Shown here one piece after another: positions 36,238-45,065 of a DNA stretch of 64,000 bases. The DNA is from Candidatus Dormiibacterota bacterium. GTDB taxonomy: Bacteria; Chloroflexota; Dormibacteria; Aeolococcales; Aeolococcaceae. The first letter of the stretch is position 1, and each line of letters begins with the position of its first letter. A program made the position numbers and the translations under genes. The notes below the pieces were generated by a model. It had not been told where the DNA came from and did not search any database. It worked only from the letters and a program-made list of their open reading frames with translations. The stretch is taken from assembly GCA_963718525.1 (NCBI GenBank), contig OY970355.1:2112001-2176000 (forward strand), in the 5' to 3' direction.

Positions 36238-37191
36238 ATGCAAACCAGCGCAGAGATCGCGATGAGCCCGACGGACACCATTGGCGGGGCGGCAGCTGCT
36301 GATGCGGTCCAACTCGGTGCTTGGATGCAGCTCCGCTCACGCGCGCGCGACTACGTCAGTCTCGCCAAACCGCGAATCATCGTCCTTCTTCTGATCACGG
36401 AGCTCGCCACGATGATCATCGCCGCGCGTGGTATTCCATCGCTCGGCTTGCTCGTCTGGTCGGGGGTCGGCGGCGCGCTCGCTTCCGGGGGCTCCGGAGC
36501 GATCAACTGCTGGTATGACCGTGATATCGATCGGGTCATGGCACGGACCTGCAGCCGGCCGCTTCCATCGGGACGCATCCTGCCATGGCGGGCACTCACC
36601 TTCGGCGTCACGCTGATCGCCGCTTCGGTGATGGTGTTCGTGCTCGCGGCGAACATCCTGGCGGCCGCGCTCGCCCTGGGCGGCGCGCTCTTCTACGTCT
36701 TCATCTACACGATGTTGTTGAAGCGCAGAACCCCGCTCAACATCGTCATCGGCGGAGCTGCCGGCGCGTTTCCTCCGCTGGTCGGCTGGGCCGCGGTGCG
36801 CGGCGATGTCGGATGGCTCGCGTTCGTGTTGTTCGCGTTGGTCTTTCTCTGGACACCGCCGCACTTCTGGTCGCTCGCCTTGCTCCTGCGTCGTGACTAC
36901 CGGAATGCCAGCGTGCCGATGCTTCCCGGCATCATCGGCACCGCCCGGACCCACCGGCGGATCCTCTTCTACCTGCTGGCTCTGATCCTCGCGAGCCTGC
37001 TACCAGGACTGGTGCTGGGCATCGGGTACACGGTCGGAGCTGGCCTGCTCGGCGGTGGATATCTGGCGCTCGCGCTCTGGGCCCGCGCCAAAGCAACATC
37101 AGGCGCGGCCGCGTTGCTCTTCCATTACTCGCTGGCCTATCTCGCGCTCATCTTCGTCGTGGGCGCGGTGAGCGCGGTGGCGCTGGGCTAG
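36238..37191 (+). CDS. ctaB: Heme O synthase (protoheme IX farnesyltransferase)
   Basis: LAKPRI, NCWYDRDIDRVMART..RPLPSG, YTMLLKRRTPLNIVIGG, LWTPPHFWSL, DY..ASVPMLP; own SD (AGGAG) before the ATG at 36238. Confidence 0.92.
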   Translation: MQTSAEIAMSPTDTIGGAAAADAVQLGAWMQLRSRARDYVSLAKPRIIVLLLITELATMIIAARGIPSLGLLVWSGVGGALASGGSGAINCWYDRDIDRVMARTCSRPLPSGRILPWRALTFGVTLIAASVMVFVLAANILAAALALGGALFYVFIYTMLLKRRTPLNIVIGGAAGAFPPLVGWAAVRGDVGWLAFVLFALVFLWTPPHFWSLALLLRRDYRNASVPMLPGIIGTARTHRRILFYLLALILASLLPGLVLGIGYTVGAGLLGGGYLALALWARAKATSGAAALLFHYSLAYLALIFVVGAVSAVALG

Positions 37192-37224
37192 CCAGCCCGG
37201 CTCCTGGTGCGGAGCCGGACTGGC
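37191..37224. terminator. Hairpin between the convergent ctaB and sugar SBP genes
   Basis: GCCAG-c-CCGGCTCC tggtgc GGAGCCGG-a-CTGGC. Confidence 0.6.
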
Positions 37225-37244
37225 CGCGTTGCGCGATGTGACTC

Positions 37245-38630
37245 TCAGTGGCCCAGGGCGGCCGCCGCCTGTGTATCCATCGTCGATTCGATGGCCGACA
37301 CATTGGAGCTGCTTGGGTTCTGGAGGAACTGCAGCAGGTCGGCCCACATCTTCGGCTCCCAGGTTCCCTGAAGATCGTCGAGGCTGAACACAAAGCTGGT
37401 CGCGCTGACAAGGGCCTTCGCGTCGGCCTGTGTGACCGTATCGGGGTACGCACTCGGCTGGACCTGGTTGTTCGGGGACGCGAATCCACCGAGATGCGCC
37501 CAGATGGTTGCCCCCTCAGGTCCGGCGAGGTACTTGATCAGCGCGGTTGCCTGAGGCGTCGAGTTGAGCATCATCGCGACGTCACCCGCACCCTGGATGG
37601 CGCCGTTGTTGGCGCTGTCCGCTGCCGGCGCCGGGAACGGGAAGAAGTCGAAGCAGGGGTGGCTGGCGGCGCTGACGGTGCACGCCGCACCGCCGGCACC
37701 TGTGGTACCCGGGTTGTAGTTGGCCGAGTTGCCCGTGATCTCGCTGACCACGAAGTCACCCTCGAAGACCATCGCAGCCTGAGGCAGTGCGGGGGGCTTG
37801 GGGAAGACCTTGTCAACGCACGCGGGGTAAGCGTTGGAGAGCGACCCCTGCAGTCCGCCGAGCAGATACGCACGGTTGCTGACAAGCTGCGCCATGGTGG
37901 TGAACGCTGTCGTGACCGTCGCGTCCGTCCACTTCAGAGTGTGCGCAGCCAGCTTGTTGTACGCATCCGCGCCAGCGGTCTTGAGATAGATGTTCTGCCA
38001 CATGTCGGCGACCGGCCAGCCAACGTCGGTGCAGAGCGAGAACGGTGTGATGCCGGCCGCCTTCAGCTGCGCGGCGTCGGCGATCAACTGCTCCCAGGTC
38101 GAGGGTGGCGACGTGATACCGGCCTGCGCGAACAGTCCCGGGTTGTACCAGATGGTGTTCTTGTTCGCGCCCTTGAACCAGACGCCGTACTGCTTGCCGT
38201 TGTACGTGGCCAGCGTGTTCCACGCGGTGCCGAAGTTGGAGGTCAGACCGCTAAGGATGCTCGTCAGGTCCTTGATCGAACCGGCCTTGGCCAGGCTGTC
38301 CAGCGTACCCGGATCGGGCACCAGGGCGACGTCCGGCGGCGAACCGCCCGACACGGCTGCCGTCAGGGCGGTATCCATGTTGTTGCCCTTGCCCTGGTAG
38401 TTCACCGTGATCCCGGTCGATGCCTCAAACGGCGCCAGCGCGGCCAGGAAGTCCTGCTGCTCCTGCGCGGTCCACTCGGCCCACACACTCAGCGTTCCGC
38501 CGATCTTGCCGCTGGTCGACCCGCTGCTGGAGGCCGTGGGTGGGGTCGAGGTCGAACCGCATGCGGTCGCGATTCCCAGGACTCCAGCGGCCACCACCGC
38601 CAGTTTGCCCAGCCTGCTGCCCTGTGTCAT
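37245..38630 (-). CDS. Sugar ABC substrate-binding lipoprotein (AglE/GgtB alpha-glucoside-like)
   Basis: Lipobox IATAC, FEASTGITVNY, PPDVA, GVWFKGANKNTIWYN, GWPVADMWQNIYL, FDFFPFP, GAGD. Confidence 0.88.
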   Translation of the reverse strand: MTQGSRLGKLAVVAAGVLGIATACGSTSTPPTASSSGSTSGKIGGTLSVWAEWTAQEQQDFLAALAPFEASTGITVNYQGKGNNMDTALTAAVSGGSPPDVALVPDPGTLDSLAKAGSIKDLTSILSGLTSNFGTAWNTLATYNGKQYGVWFKGANKNTIWYNPGLFAQAGITSPPSTWEQLIADAAQLKAAGITPFSLCTDVGWPVADMWQNIYLKTAGADAYNKLAAHTLKWTDATVTTAFTTMAQLVSNRAYLLGGLQGSLSNAYPACVDKVFPKPPALPQAAMVFEGDFVVSEITGNSANYNPGTTGAGGAACTVSAASHPCFDFFPFPAPAADSANNGAIQGAGDVAMMLNSTPQATALIKYLAGPEGATIWAHLGGFASPNNQVQPSAYPDTVTQADAKALVSATSFVFSLDDLQGTWEPKMWADLLQFLQNPSSSNVSAIESTMDTQAAAALGH

Positions 38631-38631
38631 A

Positions 38632-38651
38632 TAGGTACTCCTAGGTACTCC
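38632..38651 (-). repeat. 10-bp tandem duplication containing the SD sequence
   Basis: Minus strand reads GGAGTACCTA GGAGTACCTA T ATG. Confidence 0.8.
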
Positions 38652-38770
38652 TGAGTAAGGCGAACCCTCAGCACGCCCCAGCGCTCCACGGCGCAAGCCC
38701 CCTGTGTACTCCACATGGACTCGAAACGCAACTGATTTCGGTGCGTCTCATACCAATGGGTGATGCCCGC

Positions 38771-38799
38771 TTGCGCAACCCCGTCCGCAGACGTAGGAT
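38771..38799 (+). promoter_or_regulatory. Candidate promoter for the sugar permease operon
   Basis: TTGCGC-N17-TAGGAT; the -35 lies within the palindrome TTGCGCAA. Confidence 0.45.
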
Positions 38800-38825
38800 C
38801 ACCCGCACTGTGGTGAGGGCCTGAG

Positions 38826-40262
38826 TTGGCGGTTGCCGTACCGACTTCTGAATCCGTACCGACTGCTCCTGCAGAGATCCTCCCCACCACGAGCAAACCG
38901 GCGGGCGGTGGCGGGTTCCGAAGCCACCTGGGGTCGTTGCTGTTTCTGCTGCCGGGGGCGATCTGGCTGCTGCTGATCGTGGTGTATCCGCTGATCGCGA
39001 CGATCGTCCGAAGCCTCTTTGACGGCAGCGGTCAGAACTTCATCGGCCTCGGCAACTACAAGTCCGTCTTCTCGACGACCGACATCATCGTCTCGCTGAA
39101 GAACAACGTGGTGTGGGTGATTCTGTTCCCGTTCCTGGTCACCTTCTTCGGGCTCGTCTTCGCGGTGCTCACCGAGCGTATCCGGTGGTCGACGGCGTTC
39201 AAGACCATCGTGTTCATGCCGCTGGTGTTCAGCGCGACCGCCGCCGGCCTGACATGGGCGTCGATCTTCTTCATCGATCCACACACCGGCATGGTCAACG
39301 CCTCGATCCAGGGTGTGAGCAACGCGATCAATCCACCCGGGCTCTACCCGATCGACCCGGCGAGCGGCCAGACCGTGTCGAGCCTCGCCGCCACGGGAAC
39401 GAAGCCGGGGCCTGGGGGCACGCTGGAAAGTTCGACCACCGTCAGTCCCGGGAACACCGTGCAACTCGGGATGATCGGCATCAGTCCGGTGACGCTGCAG
39501 CAGAATGGTGCAACCCCAGCCGTGGCGCCGACCGCCTCGTCGGGTATCTCGGGACTCGTGTGGCGCGATTTCTCGCCGACGCATCCGACCGTCCGCGGAC
39601 AGGTATTCCCCGACGAGGATGGGATCCCTGGGCTGCATCTCTCGCTGCTCAACGCGAGCAGCGCCTCCGTTGCCACGACAACGACGGCGAAGAACGGAAC
39701 ATTCACCTTCGCCAATCCCGGGCCAGGCAACTACCGCGTGGAGGTGACAGCCAACAACTTCCAGGCGGGGTTCAACGGCATCTTCTTCCTCGGCACGCAG
39801 TCGCTGACACCGACGAGCTCCCTGAGCCCAACGATGCAGGCGATCCTGAGCATTCCGATCGTCGACATCGCGATGATCATCGCGTATCTCTGGATCTGGG
39901 CCGGCTTCGCAATGGTGGTCATCGGCGCGGGTCTTGCCGCGTTGAATCGCGAGGTGCTCGAGGCCGCGCAGATTGACGGCGCCAGTGAATGGCAGACGTT
40001 GCGCCGGGTCACGGTGCCGATGCTGCGACCGGTGCTCGTGGTTGTCTTCGTCACCATGCTCATCAACGTCCTGAAGATCTTCGACATCATTCTCAACATG
40101 GCAGCGCCGTCATCGCAGGCCGGCGCGAGCACGCTCGCCGTCGACATCTACAACAACTTTTCGAGCCCGAACGGGCAGGGCCTCGCAGCAGCGCTCGCCG
40201 TGGTGCTGTTCATCCTGGTGATTCCCGCCATGCTGTTCAACCTCAAGAGGATCCGCGGATGA
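38826..40262 (+). CDS. Sugar ABC permease with a large extracytoplasmic SdrD-B/Cna-B-like insertion
   Basis: FIGLGNY, KTIVFMP, IWIWAGFAMV, EAAQIDGASEWQ, LKIFD; insertion ISGLVWRD...TTTAKNGTFTFANPGPGNYRVEV. Confidence 0.9.
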   Translation: MAVAVPTSESVPTAPAEILPTTSKPAGGGGFRSHLGSLLFLLPGAIWLLLIVVYPLIATIVRSLFDGSGQNFIGLGNYKSVFSTTDIIVSLKNNVVWVILFPFLVTFFGLVFAVLTERIRWSTAFKTIVFMPLVFSATAAGLTWASIFFIDPHTGMVNASIQGVSNAINPPGLYPIDPASGQTVSSLAATGTKPGPGGTLESSTTVSPGNTVQLGMIGISPVTLQQNGATPAVAPTASSGISGLVWRDFSPTHPTVRGQVFPDEDGIPGLHLSLLNASSASVATTTTAKNGTFTFANPGPGNYRVEVTANNFQAGFNGIFFLGTQSLTPTSSLSPTMQAILSIPIVDIAMIIAYLWIWAGFAMVVIGAGLAALNREVLEAAQIDGASEWQTLRRVTVPMLRPVLVVVFVTMLINVLKIFDIILNMAAPSSQAGASTLAVDIYNNFSSPNGQGLAAALAVVLFILVIPAMLFNLKRIRG

Positions 40263-41176
40263 GCGTTCAGTCTGCGTCGTTGCCGGTCACCACGTCGCCG
40301 CGGAAGCGGCGTTTCCGGCTGCGCCCCTCGCGCATCGTGCTGAACATCGTGCTCGCGGCAATCGCGGTCTTCTGGCTCGTTCCCGCCATCGGCATCGCGA
40401 TCATCTCGCTCCGCCCCAACGCCTCCTTTGAACAGTCCGGTTGGTGGACAGTGCTGACGGCACCCGCGCAGCTGACGTTCAACAACTATCAGCAGCTGTT
40501 CTCGAAGGGATTCGCGGCGGGGGGCGTCCTCAACTCGCTGACCACGTCGATCGCGATCACCGTGCCGGTGACGATCCTGGTCACGGTGATCTCGAGCCTC
40601 ACCGCGTACTCACTCGTTTTCGGCCGGTGGCGCGGGAGAACCCTGGTCTTTCTGCTCATCGTTGCGATGCTTGTGCTGCCGCTGCAGATGGCGCTGATAC
40701 CCATAGCGAGCCTGTACAAAATTATTGACAACGCCACCGGGCTGCACCTGTTCGGGTCCCTGATCGGCGCGATCATCTTTCACGTTGCGTTCGGCCTGCC
40801 GTTCGGCATCTTCCTGATGCGCAACTTCTACTCCGGCATCCCGCACGACCTGCTCGAGGCGGGCCGGATCGACGGAGCGGGGGAGTGGACGCTCTTCCGG
40901 AAAGTCGTCATGCCGATCGGAATCCCGGCGCTCGCGTCGCTCGCCATCTTCCAGTTCATCTGGGTCTGGAACGACCTGCTGGTCGCGCTCATCTTCCTGG
41001 GGAACAGCTCCCACATCACGCTGACCATGTATCTGTACAGCTGGACCAGAGCCCTGTCGTCCAACTACTGGATCATCTCCACGGGGGCGATGATCTCGAT
41101 CATCATCCCCTTGATTGTGTTCTTTGCATTCCAGCGATACTTCGTCCGAGGCGTGCTCGCCGGGGCGGTGAAATGA
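40259..41176 (+). CDS. Sugar ABC permease
   Basis: PLQMALIP, FGLPFGIFLMRN, EAGRIDGA, FQFIWVWNDLL, FQRYFVRG; ATGA-coupled start. Confidence 0.92.
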   Translation: MSVQSASLPVTTSPRKRRFRLRPSRIVLNIVLAAIAVFWLVPAIGIAIISLRPNASFEQSGWWTVLTAPAQLTFNNYQQLFSKGFAAGGVLNSLTTSIAITVPVTILVTVISSLTAYSLVFGRWRGRTLVFLLIVAMLVLPLQMALIPIASLYKIIDNATGLHLFGSLIGAIIFHVAFGLPFGIFLMRNFYSGIPHDLLEAGRIDGAGEWTLFRKVVMPIGIPALASLAIFQFIWVWNDLLVALIFLGNSSHITLTMYLYSWTRALSSNYWIISTGAMISIIIPLIVFFAFQRYFVRGVLAGAVK

Positions 41177-41186
41177 GGAGCGTGTG

Positions 41187-42320
<1,134 letters not shown>

Positions 42321-42347
42321 ACACGCGCTGAGGCTTCAGCTGCGTAG

Positions 42348-42362
42348 GATTGTGCTACAATC
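42348..42362. promoter_or_regulatory. GntR(FadR)-type operator candidate
   Basis: GATTGT-GCT-ACAATC palindrome (TNGT-N3-ACNA type) that contains a perfect-looking -10, TACAAT. Confidence 0.6.
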
Positions 42363-42395
42363 TGCTACAGGATCAATCGCCCTGGAGCATTTGAG

Positions 42396-42554
42396 ATGAC
42401 CTCGATATTCTGGCTCACGCTGAGAGCCCTATACGGTATGGAAACTGGGCGGTCGTGTCGTTCGTGCGGCGAGCCGATCGCCCACCGGGATGCCTTCGGC
42501 ACCAGCGAAGGCGTCTGCCGCCGTTGCCGGGATCGCGCTCACGCGAACGTCTGA
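42396..42554 (+). CDS. 52-aa putative zinc-ribbon microprotein
   Basis: MTSIFWLTLRALYGMETGRSCRSCGEPIAHRDAFGTSEGVCRRCRDRAHANV*; SD GGAG upstream; the stop abuts the GTG of GntR; below the ORF-track cutoff. Confidence 0.7.
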   Translation: MTSIFWLTLRALYGMETGRSCRSCGEPIAHRDAFGTSEGVCRRCRDRAHANV

Positions 42555-43310
42555 GTGCACCGCCGCTCATCGGAACGCGGCGACGGGACCCCACCACCAA
42601 CGGCGGTGATCCGCCGGCACACGACGTCGCGAGTGGAGACGCTCGAGGACGAGCTCGAGCGCCAGGTGCTCGATGGGCGATTCAAGCCCGGCGAGCACCT
42701 TGGCGAGATCGCGCTTGCCGAGGAGTTCGAGGTTGGTCGCAACACCCTTCGCGCGGCGTTCGACGGCCTCGTCCGCAGGGGCCTGCTCGTCAAGTCGCGC
42801 AACCGGGGTGTCTTCGTGCGGGCCCTCACCGGGCACGACCTGGCTGAAATCTATGAGCTGCGGACGGCGCTCGAGGTGCAGGCATCGCGGATGCTGGCTT
42901 CACGGCGGAGGGTTCCCGAGGCAGGTCGAAGCGCCCTCGCCCAGCATCACCGCCTGGGTCCGCGTTCGTCACAGCGCGTTGTCGTCGAGGCCGATCTCGC
43001 CTTTCACCGTGCGCTGGTCGTCGGGACCGGGAATGCCCGCCTCATGCGCGCTCACAAGAACCTCGAGATCGAGATCCTCCTCTGCCTCGCGCAACTCGTC
43101 CAGGGCTACGCGTCGGTCTCCCAGCTTGCCGGCGAGCATGGCGAGCTCCTCGAGGCCATCGAGTCCGGCGACCCGGCAACGGCGGAGGCGGTGATCAGGC
43201 ACCACCTCGAGGGCGCGACCACGTGGCTCATCGAGCACGCGTCGGCTGATGAGGAGCCGGTCTACGCCGATGCCGTGGTGGCTTCGAGCGCGTCGAGCGA
43301 CCTCGGGTAG
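42555..43310 (+). CDS. GntR family (FCD) transcriptional regulator
   Basis: FKPGEHLGEIALAEEFEVGRNTLRAAF...NRGVFV, IYELRTALE, DLAFH, EHGELL. Confidence 0.9.
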   Translation: MHRRSSERGDGTPPPTAVIRRHTTSRVETLEDELERQVLDGRFKPGEHLGEIALAEEFEVGRNTLRAAFDGLVRRGLLVKSRNRGVFVRALTGHDLAEIYELRTALEVQASRMLASRRRVPEAGRSALAQHHRLGPRSSQRVVVEADLAFHRALVVGTGNARLMRAHKNLEIEILLCLAQLVQGYASVSQLAGEHGELLEAIESGDPATAEAVIRHHLEGATTWLIEHASADEEPVYADAVVASSASSDLG

Positions 43311-43705
43311 TCCTCGTCGATCAGCGGGCTCGACAGGATGAAATCGGCGGTCGCGCGGTTGCACGCCATCGGAATGTTGTGGACGACCGCGATGCGCAGC
43401 AGCGCCTTGACGTCGACGTCGTGCGGATGGGGTTCGAGCGGATCCCAGAAGAAGATGATGACGTCGATGCGCCCCTCCGCAATCGCCGCGCCCACCTGCT
43501 GGTCGCCACCCAGTGGCCCGGTGAGGAACCGGTGCACCGGCAGCGCCAGCTCGTTGGCGACCATCGACCCGGTTGTGCCGGTGCCAAGCAGATCGTGGCG
43601 CGCGAGCGTATCGCGGTTGAAGCGCGCCCACTCGAGCATGTCCGCCTTCTTGTTGTCGTGGGCGATCAGCACGATCTGCTTTCGCCTGGGCTCTGACCGT
43701 GGCAC
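43262..43705 (-). CDS. mgsA: Methylglyoxal synthase
   Basis: LIAHDNKK, GTGTTG, GPLGGDQQVG, FFWDPL.PHPHDVDVKALLR, ACNRATAD. Confidence 0.96.
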   Translation of the reverse strand: MPRSEPRRKQIVLIAHDNKKADMLEWARFNRDTLARHDLLGTGTTGSMVANELALPVHRFLTGPLGGDQQVGAAIAEGRIDVIIFFWDPLEPHPHDVDVKALLRIAVVHNIPMACNRATADFILSSPLIDEDYPRSLDALEATTASA

Positions 43706-43745
43706 GATTCGCCTCCCGTTGAGCTGCTGCGACTAGCCATAGATT

Positions 43746-45023
43746 GTGGGCCGTGTGATGTCCGATCCACCTGCGAGATCTAAGGGTCGAGCACCCGCGG
43801 CGTTGCACCACCGAGACTTCGCGCTGCTCTGGTCGGGGCAGAGCATCTCGCTCGTTGGGGACGGCGTATTCATTGTCGCGCTCGCGCTGGAGACGCTGCG
43901 CATCGATGACCATCCGTTCGCGCTGTCGCTGGTGCTGGCCGCGCGATTGCTACCGACCGTCCTGTTGCTCGTGGCCGGCGGGGTGATCGTCGATCGGATT
44001 CCACGCCGCCTTGCGATGCTCGCATCGGATACAACTCGCGGCCTCGCGGTGGCGGTGATCGCGGGTCTGGTCGCGATCGGGGCACTGCAGATCTGGGAGC
44101 TTGTCGTCATGTCGGTGATCTTCGGTGCCGCGGATGCACTCTTCTACCCCGCCGCGACGGCGGTGACCCCGGAGATTCTTCCAGCCGATCTGCTCACGCA
44201 GGGCAGCGCGCTCAACCACGCAAGCCAGACGATCGCCCAGGCGCTCATCGGCCCGGCGCTCGGCGGCCTGGTGGTCGCTTCGCTCGGATACCAGTGGGCA
44301 TTCGCCATCGACGCGCTGAGCTTCGCCGTGAGCGCCGGCTGCATTCTTGCCATGGCGAGCCGGCCGCGTCCAGAGCCGACCGGCCGTTCCGCGCTCGCCG
44401 ATGCGCGCGATGGAGTGCGCTACGTCCGCTCACAACGCTGGCTCTGGGTGTCGCTCGCAGGTGCTGGGTTGGCCAATTTCGCCGCGTTCTCGCCGCTCGG
44501 CGTCCTGATCCCGCTGCTCGTTCGCAATGTGCTCCACCAGGGTCCGCTCGCCCTGGGCCTTGTGCTCGCCGGCGGCGGGGTCGGTGGCGGCCTGACCGCT
44601 CTGATCCTTGCGAAGACTGGTCCGCCACGATTGCGCATCACCTCGACCTGGGTGGGGTGGGCGGTTTCGGCTGCCGGGATCGTCGCCCTTGGTCTCGCTC
44701 CGAACGTCTGGGTGGCCGGTGCCTGCGCGTTCGTCATCACCGCCACGCTCATGTACGGCAATATCCTGTGGAGCCCGATCATGCAGGAACTCGTGCCGCC
44801 CGAGCTCCTTGGACGCGCGTCGTCGGTTGACTGGCTGGTCTCGCTGAGTCTCAGTCCGCTCGGCGTCCTGGCGAGTGGCGCGCTGGCCGGTGTCATCGGC
44901 ACGCGCATGACCCTGGTGGTCGGCGGCTCTGTGGCGCTCGCACTGTGCGCCATCCTCTTCGTCCCCGGGGTTCGCGATCCCGAACGGCGACTGAGTTCGC
45001 ACGCGGCTCCCGCGACGCGTTAG
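43746..45023 (+). CDS. MFS transporter (MFS_3/macrolide efflux-like)
   Basis: RDFALLWSGQSISLVGD, GVIVDRIPRR, FAIDALSF, VPPELLGRA. Confidence 0.9.
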   Translation: MGRVMSDPPARSKGRAPAALHHRDFALLWSGQSISLVGDGVFIVALALETLRIDDHPFALSLVLAARLLPTVLLLVAGGVIVDRIPRRLAMLASDTTRGLAVAVIAGLVAIGALQIWELVVMSVIFGAADALFYPAATAVTPEILPADLLTQGSALNHASQTIAQALIGPALGGLVVASLGYQWAFAIDALSFAVSAGCILAMASRPRPEPTGRSALADARDGVRYVRSQRWLWVSLAGAGLANFAAFSPLGVLIPLLVRNVLHQGPLALGLVLAGGGVGGGLTALILAKTGPPRLRITSTWVGWAVSAAGIVALGLAPNVWVAGACAFVITATLMYGNILWSPIMQELVPPELLGRASSVDWLVSLSLSPLGVLASGALAGVIGTRMTLVVGGSVALALCAILFVPGVRDPERRLSSHAAPATR

Positions 45024-45065
45024 CAGGCACCCCTGCCAGACTCTCCGGGTGATCGGGGCGGCCTC

